Origin: Minutocellus sp. GHC0000111
Lineage: Eukaryota
NCBI GenBank assembly: GCA_977018835.1
Contig: OZ361259.1
Location: 4,402,001-4,466,000, forward strand
DNA: 64,000 nt
Direction: 5' to 3'
A program made the translations under genes and the position numbers. Under the pieces are notes generated by a model, which searched no databases, was not told the DNA's origin, and saw only the letters and a program-made list of their open reading frames with translations. Below, piece after piece: positions 49,453 to 59,512 of this stretch. Position 1 is the stretch's first letter, and every line of letters begins with the position of its first letter.

Positions 49453-50649
49453 CGTGCCTTATATATATCCTTCCACTTCTTCAGACTAGCTACGAGCTAC
49501 CACGAGAAAGTAAGTTGTGTTGTTGGCCGGAAGTAGTACCTAGGTAGTGAAATAAAGGCAAAAGTCAAGGCCGCATTTTTGCCAGCATGGAGCCAGCAAT
49601 GCACAGCAAGGCAGTTGACTGTAGGCCGAGATTTCCCTACATTGAACGTAAACTTCGCCGAGAAGTCGCACCCGTGTCTTTCACGACTTGGATTTCTGAG
49701 TTTTTCTCACTCTGCGCAAAGCCACGACCTTTCAGAAACCATGGGGTTTCCACGCATAATGAAATCATAGCATTTTCCAGCAATGTTTCTGACTAGTAGC
49801 ACAATTAACAGTGGCTACCTAATCACATTGGTGCCTACCCAATCACATTGACTAATTGATTTTTTTAGTTTCTTTAATCTATTTGAATTCTTAATTACAT
49901 CACACAGAGAAAGACAGAGAAGCTATCAGAAAGTGACACAAGACACATGCCTCCTGAAAGACATCCTGCAGCAGAGGCCTCATTCGCCTCTCTGCTAGCT
50001 CTAGCTACGCAGCTAGTCTTCATGCGCCACTCGTTTCTTCTTGGCGGGAGGCTCGTCCTTGTCGTCGTCGGAAGAGGACGACTCGTCTGAGGATGACTCA
50101 TCGAAGTGCCGCCACGGCATGCGCTCAGCATCGGCCAGGGGGCCTCTCAACTTCGGCGAAGAGCCGAACACCAAAAGCCCTGCTCGCGCAGCGAAGATCC
50201 TCCTTCGCTGTGCAGCGTGCTTTGCCCTGCTTTTCTCTTTGTGCTTTCTTCAACAGAACACACAACTAAAGCAAGAACAATTGCACAACTGTGTCAATCT
50301 TTTGTTTGTTGTGGCCACATGAGCTAGACACACTGGCTGCCGAGAAAACATCAGAAGGTCTCTAACCCTGTCTCCAATTCGGAGCAGTGATTTTCACCTC
50401 TTCCGTCTTTCGGCTTGCAGATTGCCACTGTGCTGCGTAGCAACTCATGATTTCATCTCTTTTATCTCAACCATGAGCCTCTAGTCCGCTCCTCTGTCGA
50501 CGACATCGTCAGGTAGGTGCGACTGTCTCCCCCTGATGCTCATGCATCCTCCCACAGCTCTTCTGCAGCTTCTTTTCTGTGTCGTCCTCAACCTCAACCG
50601 ATGCTGTTTTTTGACAGATGCTGAGTGTCTGTCAAATTTTTAACAACAG

Positions 50650-51230
50650 CCACAAGCATGTGCATTGAAACCGCTGGGTGAAGTGGGATCCACAAAATAT
50701 TCAGGAGTCTGATGATGTTGCATGTCTCATGATGGACAATGCCGGCGGTCATGGGTCCAATGAAGCAGTTGAGAAGTACACCGAGGACCTCAAAAACAAA
50801 CATAAGATTGAGACAATCCAGCAGGTTCCTCGGTCGCCCGACCGAGACACAAATGTTCTTGATCTCGGCATCTGGATGTCTTTGCAGTCGGCCGTCGAAA
50901 AGGAGCATCGCGGTCAGAAGAATGATGCGAATGCTCTTGACAAGACTGTGATGAAAGTATGGGCCAATGTCGCATCAAAAGAGGCCTTTCTCAATGCATT
51001 TGGAAAACTTCCAGTGACACATAACAACATCAAGAGAGAAGTCGTGGCGGTAACAATCTTGTGGAGAGAGACCAGACATACGGGGAAAGGCTGGTGGTCT
51101 CGCAAAAATTGCCGAGGAAGAAGCTGAAGAGGATGGTGAACCACTCTGGCCAATTGATGCTCCCGGCGAAGATGATGACATTGAGGACGACGTAGATGAA
51201 AATGATGAAGACGATGGAGTCATTGATTTT
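50650..51230 (+). pseudogene. Decayed DDE (Tc1/mariner-superfamily) transposase, C-terminal half
   Basis: MDNAGGHG...QVPRSP..TNVLDLGIWMSLQSAVEK motif. 5' part is missing, there is a stop upstream and a frameshift near 51040, then an acidic tail. Confidence 0.75.
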
Positions 51231-51470
51231 TGCTACAACTTGTCACAGCATGTCCATTTTTCTTCTGTTAATTACATTTTGATTTGGTGCTTCCAAAAAT
51301 GTATTTTTTCCCGGGGTGAGGAATGCAAATGTCGAAAAAAATCATCACATAATGTGCATTTATTGGTTCTGGTGCACAATGTCTCTCTCGACATGGTCAC
51401 CAACTTCTACATGTAGTCGACCGCGACCAAAAGTCGAAAATGAAAATGCTGCTTTAAAAATGTGTAGATC

Positions 51471-52116
51471 TAGAGGAGATGCCAAAATAAGGGGCAGCAC
51501 TTTGTAAGGGGCAGGTGTTCATCTGCCGCCACCAAACCTGACAGTGGCCACTAGGTTGTTGTTGCTAGCAGGAAGGGGGGTGCCCCGAGTGACAATTCGC
51601 CAGACGAGGTGACAAATCGGATGAACCAGCCGGATGAACCAGATTTCTGCGAAAAAACTAAGACTGGCACAGAGAGAGTGGCCGACTTCACAGAAAAATC
51701 CTGGTTCATCCGCCTGGTTCATCCGATTTATCACCAGGGGGGGCGAATTATCAGCAGGGGAATGCTCCCCTTCCTAGAAGCTAGAGGCACTAGCAGTTGA
51801 CCACTAGAAATCCCCTCATCTGGCCGCCTCGAGGGAGACGGGACCAACACATTTTTTGGCGGGACTAACCTCATTTACTAGCAGTTTGTTATGTTAGCCC
51901 CTTATTTCGTCCCTCGGTCAGAGCTCGAGGCGAAGCCTCGAAATTTCTTTTGCCTCTACTCGGCACCTTCTCGTAAAAATGAGCGGCTCCCAATTTTTTG
52001 ACGTAACCACCACACCCAACACTTCAATTTACGAGAGTATTAGCTAGTTTCATTTACTTTTAGTCGCTGAAAACCAACATCACCTCAAACTGCCCCTTAA
52101 TTTGGCATCTCCTCTA
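51471..52116. mobile_element. Non-autonomous TIR element with TA target duplication (Tc1/mariner-type MITE)
   Basis: Left TAGAGGAGATGCCAAAATAAGGGGCAG (51471-51497) matches the reverse complement of 52090-52116, TAGAGGAGATGCCAAATTAAGGGGCAG (1 mismatch, terminal TA included). Internal TAAGGGGC/GCCCCTTA repeats. Confidence 0.88.
51543..51805. repeat. Long imperfect palindrome (fold-back) nested inside the TIR element
   Basis: GGTGACAAATCGGATGAACCAGCCGGATGAACCAG (from 51608) pairs with CTGGTTCATCCGCCTGGTTCATCCGATTTATCACC (to 51735). Weaker pairing extends outwards (AATTCGCC, AGGAAGGGG, AGTGG). Confidence 0.85.
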
Positions 52117-52460
52117 CGTGCACATGAAAATTGAGAACTAGAGAATGGACTGCATGGTGTGCGGTAAATAAAAACATTGGAAATTTCAACGGACTCTTCA
52201 CCGGCAGATCTACTAGATCTAGTCTACTAGTACCGGTACATGTGTTCTCTTCAAGATCACAATCTGATGAACGTAATCCGGAGATGCACATGCAAATGTG
52301 ATCCATGTATCGACATGTGTTGATTTATGTTCATCTAGATATCTACATTCACATGTTACCGACCGGTAGATTCCTTTTCGTATCCATTAGACCCCACCCA
52401 CCCTCCTATTTCGCGTGCCCACCTTGAATTAAAGGGCTTAAGTACAATGTCATCATGTCA

Positions 52461-54845
52461 TCAGCGGGCATCACTAATCCTTGAGATTTTCTGGCGATCT
52501 GATCTAGGGGTGACGGAATGTTGACCCCCTCTTTGTTGAGATTCACTGCTGCTTGCTGATAGCCTGGAACTCACCGTAGCTATGCCACGATGCTCGCCCA
52601 TCGACCGAAAATCTCTCCGAGCCTTTTCTCGCATGCTATCTGCATGGGACTTGGCTCCCATGACGCCACGATGGCCGGAGTAGCCGCTCCGAAAGTCAAC
52701 TCGAGATGATGTTGTTTCAAGTGTGTCGAATGAGCCGGCGCCCCTCCCTCCAAGACCAGCGTAGTTCCGATCTGGCGTTCGAGGGTATTCGGGCGGACGA
52801 TTTCGGTCGGGCGATCGTGCATTTTGTTGGGGCGGAGAATGGGCCGATCTATCCAAGTCAATAGCGGAATCGAATGACAGTCCCACCAGACTATCCTCTT
52901 CCTGGTTGTCTAGATATGAGTTGGCCGCCAAAAAGCCACAGCCAAGGCTCAAGTTCGACACAATGTTGTTGGAATCCTGACGTTGAAGAGGCTGTGGCAT
53001 TAAAGTTGGGGGCTGATAATGCAGCTGGCGTCTATCATCGGAGTCATCCGACAAAACAAATGGGCCAATCTCGGAGTTGTCGATGGTGTACGGAGAGCAA
53101 TCAGCAAACTTCGTCCCAGGAGATACCGAAGAGGGATTCGGTGTCCGAGGTGTCGTTTCGGCGGCTTGACGGACTGGCGATATGTGAGGAGGTTGATCGT
53201 CTTGGCTTGGTGATGCTGCAGGAACTGCTCTTGGTGACGTTTCGACATTGCCACTTTCATCCACTTCAGCGGTTGTACCATGGATGATGGCGTCATGATT
53301 CTCGTCCTTGCCATCCTCGGCGACGGTCTGAGGCGGAGGCCCAATCACTGGATATTGCCCATCGGAACCCTCCCGCATGACCGCATCCAGATCCATGGCG
53401 TATTTCTGTTCAAGGAGTGGTAGCTCGGCCAACCGTCTACTGTACCATTGCTTCTTGGACTCTATAGACCGAAGAGTCCCTTCAATCTGACACGCTCGGT
53501 CGCGAGGAGCCCCCACTGTTGGTGATGCGGTGAAGAGTTGGAAGAAAGGTTCACGTTAGTATTGAGCAGATTCTAAGATGAAAAACATTCAAAACCAAGT
53601 CATGGAGTAAAAATCGTGATACCAAGCGATGGGTCCATGGCAACTGACAGACAGCAGCAAGAAAAAAAGCAGGCAGTCAAGGTGCTGGATGGCAAGCCCG
53701 CCAACCGCTTCAACACCGTTTGAACAGCCGCGGCTAGGGCCTAGCTACGTAGCTAGCTAGCTGGAAATACATTCGTTCTCACCTTTGACCAACTGATCCT
53801 CATTGGCCAAGATGAATCCACAACCTCGCGCGAGGACTGCCACTCCAGTCTCATCTATGTATGAGATTTGTAATGTCTGTCCACGACTTATATGGAGCGG
53901 CTCCGTCTCAGCCTCCCCAAATCTGACATTAGATTTGCCTGAGCTCCTCGGCGACGACGAGGTTAGATTGGGGGGAGGCGGTGGACCGGCGACAGCACTC
54001 GACGTTGCCCGAGAGGGATGATGCGGCAAGACTGGCAGTCCGGCCTCATCCTTGACAACGTAGGTACCACATGTGTCCAGCAGGGATTGAATGCCGACCT
54101 TGACTGCCGAGTCATCGTCACCCGATTCGTACGCCTTGGAAGATTCGTCGTCGTCGTCCTCATAATAATCATTTTCCGAAGTGTCACTCCCATCCTCCAC
54201 ATCCTTCTGGAAAGACTCGTCTGTTTTCTCAATGCCCTCCACCCCCGCCGCGGCTATACTGACAGTTTCCGGTGGCCGATCCTTGTCATTTATAGGCCGC
54301 TTCTCGTTCCGATCTGCAGCCCCCTTCGCCTGAACTCGTTTGGATATTTTCTCGAGCCGCTTCTTCTTTTCGGCAGCCTCCATCAGGGCCATCATGACAA
54401 TATTCTTCGGCATCGGGAGGGGGATTGGCTCCGCCGCCTTCGCCGGGTTGGCCCGCTTCCTCTGCGCCTGCGTGTGCGGGCTGGTCGACTTGAGCTGGTA
54501 GGTGGCGTCGCGGGAATGCGCCCGACCCAGTAGCGGCCGGTACCAGGAGGGCATCGACTCGGTGTCCGCAGCAACAGCGCTCGCCGCCGTGGCGGATCCG
54601 CCCGCTGCGGATCCGCCGTCTGCGGCACCGTGGCCGGCGCTGTTCCGCCGAACATCCTCGGGCTTAATGAACAGGGAGGTTCGGCATTCCATGCATTTAT
54701 CGAGCCTCTTCGAGCACGGGGCGCAGACGTAGGTGTGGCCGCAGGGGAGGATCACCGGCGGCCGGTCCTCGAGGTTGAAGGCCTCGAAGCATATTATGCA
54801 GTGAAAGGAGAACGGGGCGGGGCCGCCTCCGAACGCCGTGGTCAT
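52461..54845 (-). CDS. N-terminal RING-finger protein (intron 53516-53782)
   Basis: CIICFEAF..PPVILPCGHTYVCAPC..CMECR. The spliced join LVK-VGAPRD keeps the frame. Confidence 0.82.
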
Positions 54846-55746
54846 GGTTGGATTTGGCTGGTTGGTTGGATGGTTCCGTCGGTACTACTCTCTTCCTTCC
54901 GGCGAATAATATGCCGATTTGAATGCGCCGGATCTCTTGGCTTGTGTTTGGTTGCCCCTTTTCCAAGAATCATCTCCAGGAAGATGCCTCCAAACCGATT
55001 AAAGATATATAAATTTTTCAATAAGGCCGTATTTTCGTCACAACCGACTAGAGGCCTGTAGGCTTGGATTGACGCCGAAAAAGTCAGCAGCAATCGCAAC
55101 ACATTGAGCAACAACACTGCGAGAAAGCCACATGTCCACATGCATGCGCATGCACTAACTACAGTATGTGCTATCAGGGTAAATGCAGCAGATGTCTACT
55201 ACTAGTATTGAGATCTACATCATGTACCAGTACCGGCAGCAAGCGCTGTTCCGGCGCATGGTCGTCATCATCACACCTCTCTCTCTCGTCACATCATGAG
55301 AAAAACACAGCAGCAGCATCACTCTTGACATCCACTACATGTGTACCGGTAGAGTCTAGATCTACCTGTAAAACTCATGAGGCCAACATGTTTTGTACAG
55401 TAAATATGGGCTTACATGCGGTGGTACAATTGTATTACGAGAAAACAATAAAAATGTTGTCGTCGTCGACTGGATTCTTCTCCTCCATCTTTTCCAAAAC
55501 AAAATTGTGAAGGTCCCTCAATCCACTTTTTTAGCTAGCGCGGTCGACTCAATAGTCGGTGAGTATATTTGTTTGTGATTTTTCATGGGAGCATTGTGTT
55601 GTGCCGGAATGTCGGTACTGCTCCGATTGATGTTTTGTGTTCTTTTTTTGGCTTTTTTGTGATGATGTTTTGTGTGATATTTTACTTACTGTACATCCCC
55701 TTTCCTTCATTTGGTTTTCTTCTATTGCACTGTAAGCGACGCACTC

Positions 55747-56334
55747 TTACCACAGCCGAGGGCTGTTCTTGAAGGTGCTCTTGCGGGGTTGCTGGATGGA
55801 ATGACTGGAATGGCCGTGAAGGGCCCTGTTCCCGCCACCCTTGCCGAGATGATGACGGTTCGACCGGGCCGCGCGAGACCGCATCACACTATCGTAGTTG
55901 GTGGGGAAGGAGTGGGCGGCAGAATCATACACAACGATGCTGGTTTCAGATTCCGAGCTCGTCGACCTGTCGCGGCCGAGCTTGGTCGTGTTCCTGGGAG
56001 GGTGGGGACGGCCCTGGAGGCCACCCTCGCGACGGACTGCCCATCGCTTCCCACGGGCGAAAGAGTAGTCCTGTCTGGAGCGCTCCTCCTGTTCTTCGCA
56101 GAGGCCAAGGTAGGCCATGATACCGACGAAGTCCTGCACGGCATCAAGCTCGGCTGCTTCGGATGCATCGGGAGGGAAGGCATCGTCCAGACATTCCTCG
56201 TTGATGTTGTTCAGAACTTCGTGCTCGCCGGAAACGAACGAAGCACATGGCATGCCATTGTTGTACACGAAGCCAAACTCTTCCTCACCTCTTCCTCGGG
56301 GATGGAACGGGGCAGCTAGGGGAGAGAGCAACAT
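55747..56334 (-). CDS. PAM2-motif protein (ERD15/CID-like architecture)
   Basis: N-terminal LSPLAAPFHP (PAM2-like LnpxAxeFxP), acidic middle, and IQQPR near the C-terminus. Confidence 0.6.
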   Translation of the reverse strand: MLLSPLAAPFHPRGRGEEEFGFVYNNGMPCASFVSGEHEVLNNINEECLDDAFPPDASEAAELDAVQDFVGIMAYLGLCEEQEERSRQDYSFARGKRWAVRREGGLQGRPHPPRNTTKLGRDRSTSSESETSIVVYDSAAHSFPTNYDSVMRSRAARSNRHHLGKGGGNRALHGHSSHSIQQPRKSTFKNSPRLW

Positions 56335-56496
56335 ATTATTGATAAGATACTGTTTGTTGGTGAGTTGTTCGTTGGTGGTGGTTCTATTTTCTTTATGGAA
56401 GATCCAATCAAGACGTCAACACGCACGAAAGATCCGAACCACGGGCCCGCCAAATTCGCTGCGAGTTGACACCATTAGAAGTACAAAATGCCTTTG

Positions 56497-59263
56497 CATC
56501 AGAAAGACAAATTTTTTGCGCCTTGCTTCCGAACTTTACCCGGGTGTTTCGGGGGGATTCCTGGGTAAAGTTTGGCTCGCATGTTTGCTGCGAGAAGACT
56601 TCAAGATTTTCCCCGCGATGCCAAGCATCAACTGAAAGCGCATCTTTGCTGCGAGCCAAAATAAAAACCGGAAGTCTTTTGACACCATGGCCGCCGCTAC
56701 TACTGCTGCTACCGCCGCCACGAACGCCACCGCCGGCCTTCTCCGCACGGCAGTCCCAAGGGCACCACCCGAGTTATCATCGTACAAGACCCGATTCAAT
56801 GCATATCTTCAGCATATCGGTCTTCCCTTTGTCGACGACTTGACGCCCGAAGACGTCGCATCGCCCGGCGACATCGAATCAATTATGTGCTCTTGGGCCG
56901 AGTACATGTCGACGAACCCTCCGAGGTACATGAACAACCGGGACAAGCTCCTCAAGGCTGACGGCGTCGGCAACGGCTTCGGCCTCATCAAGGAGTACCT
57001 GAAGGACCGGTTCGGCCGCCACGTCGACTGGACCGACGAGACCTGGTTCACCCTCTCCAAGGGCGCGCTCGTCAAGAAGCTGGAGAGAGACAGCGTCCGT
57101 GGCACATCTGGTGTCGACGAAGTACCCGGCAAGATCGGCATCGTTCGCCTCAACCCCGATGCTGGTATTATTGAAGGACACGACGGTGTCAGCACCAGTC
57201 CATTTGCCGACGATGTTCCCGACATGGTCACCATCAATCGCAAGCTACTGAAAACCAGCAAGCTCGGCGACAAGCACCAGCGACGCCTTGCTCTCAACTT
57301 GACATATGCCGCCGATGGCCGGTCCGGGGAGGTGAAATATCTCAACTACCAGGGCATGACATATGATCCCGTCGGTAATTGTGCTGCTGCTGACTGGAAG
57401 GACTTGAAGAATGGCACGACCAGGCCGACTACCTTCTGTACAGATTATGACCGGTTTGAGACTTGTGTATTTGATGCCCTTGGTGACCACTGGAGCGTCG
57501 ATGGTGGCCTCTCTCGTACCTGCAACTCCTCTGGCAATATAGGTTTTCTCCAGGCCTTTGTTGTACCGATGTGCCAGGCTCGAAGCGATTCCTGGACTTC
57601 CAAGACCCTCACCGAAACCTTGCGAGATGATCTGCCGGATTCAATACGGGACAGCATATCTGGTCGAAGCATGCGATACGGCGGCACTACCCACCTTCAC
57701 GAAGATCCGTCGGTGAATCATCCAGAGCTCACGGCACGATCAGGCCACGCTCCTGCTGATAACACCAGGCACTACGTGCTATCTCGGCGGGCGATGCAAC
57801 ATGTGCCAATGAGGTCTCTTGCTGGCCATCCCTCTCCTCGGAAGTCCCACCGTCCTCCTCGGCTCATTGCCATCAGCACTTTGCCTGACGACATGGCTCT
57901 TTTGGATCGGTTTGCAGACAAATTATATCCAATGACAATGCCTGATTTCAAGGCTGGAGGGAGGCTACGGCAGCTGGTACGGGAGGTGCTGGCCACCAAC
58001 ATTATGAATTTTTCGACGAAGCTGTCTTTTCTTGGAGTTGCAGGCCCTGCCGTTCGTCGGATGATGAATGTGGGGGACGAGCTCGGTATTGATCTGTCTC
58101 AATTGAAGGGGTGGTCAAGGAAGGTGGCAGATGATTTCAAGGCCATCAATGCACCGTATTCATCCGCTGAGGAGGAGCTTGCTACTGTGGTAGCTGAAAA
58201 CAATCGTTTAGTATCAGATTTGCGGAAGGAGATTGCCGATTTGAAGGCTTTGGCAGCAACCAACGCAAGAACAATATGTCACCTTGAGACTCAGCTACAA
58301 AAATCGGATGCAAGGGTGCTAAATGGAACATCGGTGCCATTGATTGCTTCTGGTGGTGTTGATTCGGCGGTTGCTGGTACCAGTAGACCTGCCGGTGGCA
58401 CCATCCGACGAAGAGAGCCATCCCCACCGCGATCCCCTGGCCGAAACGTGCGGCAGCGCACCGCTGGAGGTTCTGGCATTATCGGCACCGCAATATCTGC
58501 CATTGCAGTATCGCCGGTTGCCATAGCAAGGAGAATGGTTGGAGGAGCGCCACCGCTACCGACGGCTCTTCGGCCTCCACCGCTACCAACGACGGAGCAG
58601 TTGTCAACTGTCAGCAGCGCTGGGGGCAAAAAGAAGAATAAGTGGCCGCTCATGAGCGAAATAGTAATAGAATTGGCTCGATCTGGAAAGCTGAAGTCAG
58701 GGTCGTCGCATGAATCCATGCCTCCGCCGCTGGCAATACTTCCCAGGGCTTTTGATCGCAATGAAAAGACAAAATATAAGTTGGCAATGCGTGTGGTTGA
58801 TGCAGCTGTCACAAAAGATCAGGATGATGTGTTTAGAGCAGCCGAGATTGATGAGGCCGAACTAGTGGCAAAAGGAAAGGCTTTAGATCTTGAAGTCCGT
58901 CGGTGGTTGGCAAGCAAGATGAATAAGAATCTCACCAAAAGCAGGTTGACAGCGCAGGTGCTAGGAGTGGGAGCGAATGCCCAGAAATTACCAGACAATG
59001 CATGGCCGAGGTCCAATGGGGGTCTTTTTGGGATGTTTCGTAAATAAGTAATCATTCATTACCAACACATGTAGTAAACATGAAGTTACCGGTAGTTACA
59101 TGTAGACTCGCCGAGCAGAGATGCTTTTATCATTTCGCTCCCTTTTCCTTCTTTTTCCTTCTTTTTCCTTCTTTCTCCTCTTTTTCTTTCCGCGGGTAAA
59201 GTTTGCCCTGCGGGTAAACTTGGGAATTTTTGTGTTCAAGCAGCCAAAAATCATCTTTCGATG
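56497..59263 (+). mobile_element. Crypton-like tyrosine-recombinase DNA element (boundaries approximate)
   Basis: A single YR ORF is flanked by inverted motif pairs: CATCAGAAAGACAAATTTTTTGCGCCTTG (56497) / CAAGCAGCCAAAAATCATCTTTCGATG (to 59263); TTTACCCG / CGGGTAAA; GCATCTTTGCTGCGAG (56640) / CTCGCCGAGCAGAGATGC (to 59124). Confidence 0.7.
56687..59047 (+). CDS. Tyrosine recombinase (786 aa, intronless, uninterrupted)
   Basis: Catalytic residues in order: DGRSGE (R), WKDLKN (K), GRSMRYGG (HxxR position with H->R), RSGH (H/W), TRHY (Y). A coiled coil and a basic C-terminal domain follow. No RT or RNase H nearby. Confidence 0.8.
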   Translation: MAAATTAATAATNATAGLLRTAVPRAPPELSSYKTRFNAYLQHIGLPFVDDLTPEDVASPGDIESIMCSWAEYMSTNPPRYMNNRDKLLKADGVGNGFGLIKEYLKDRFGRHVDWTDETWFTLSKGALVKKLERDSVRGTSGVDEVPGKIGIVRLNPDAGIIEGHDGVSTSPFADDVPDMVTINRKLLKTSKLGDKHQRRLALNLTYAADGRSGEVKYLNYQGMTYDPVGNCAAADWKDLKNGTTRPTTFCTDYDRFETCVFDALGDHWSVDGGLSRTCNSSGNIGFLQAFVVPMCQARSDSWTSKTLTETLRDDLPDSIRDSISGRSMRYGGTTHLHEDPSVNHPELTARSGHAPADNTRHYVLSRRAMQHVPMRSLAGHPSPRKSHRPPRLIAISTLPDDMALLDRFADKLYPMTMPDFKAGGRLRQLVREVLATNIMNFSTKLSFLGVAGPAVRRMMNVGDELGIDLSQLKGWSRKVADDFKAINAPYSSAEEELATVVAENNRLVSDLRKEIADLKALAATNARTICHLETQLQKSDARVLNGTSVPLIASGGVDSAVAGTSRPAGGTIRRREPSPPRSPGRNVRQRTAGGSGIIGTAISAIAVSPVAIARRMVGGAPPLPTALRPPPLPTTEQLSTVSSAGGKKKNKWPLMSEIVIELARSGKLKSGSSHESMPPPLAILPRAFDRNEKTKYKLAMRVVDAAVTKDQDDVFRAAEIDEAELVAKGKALDLEVRRWLASKMNKNLTKSRLTAQVLGVGANAQKLPDNAWPRSNGGLFGMFRK

Positions 59264-59512
59264 ATTTCAATAGCTTTGTTATAAGAAAGGGGGGATGCCA
59301 TATGAAATAGGGGTGATCAGAATAGAAGGGATATGCGCATAATTTGTTGGTTACCATTTGGTAGTTAGCAAACGAAAAGGGGAAGATGGTCAAACTCCCC
59401 AAGAAACAGTTTTGGATGTTGTGTGCAAATCAGATTTCCTTCCCGATTTTGCGCATGATCCTTCCGCCCTCCGTGCCTCCGTCATTTTCCCCTCGCCAAC
59501 CATGTCAAGACG

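Noticed and set aside
51608..51735. Repeated GGATGAACCAG units as a CRISPR-like array
   Set aside because: The units are inverted and tandem with no unique spacers, there are no cas genes, and the context is eukaryotic.
59135..59190. Polypyrimidine CTTTTTCCTT repeats and ORF 59130-59402
   Set aside because: A simple-sequence tract inside the element's 3' region; the ORF is a low-complexity by-product.
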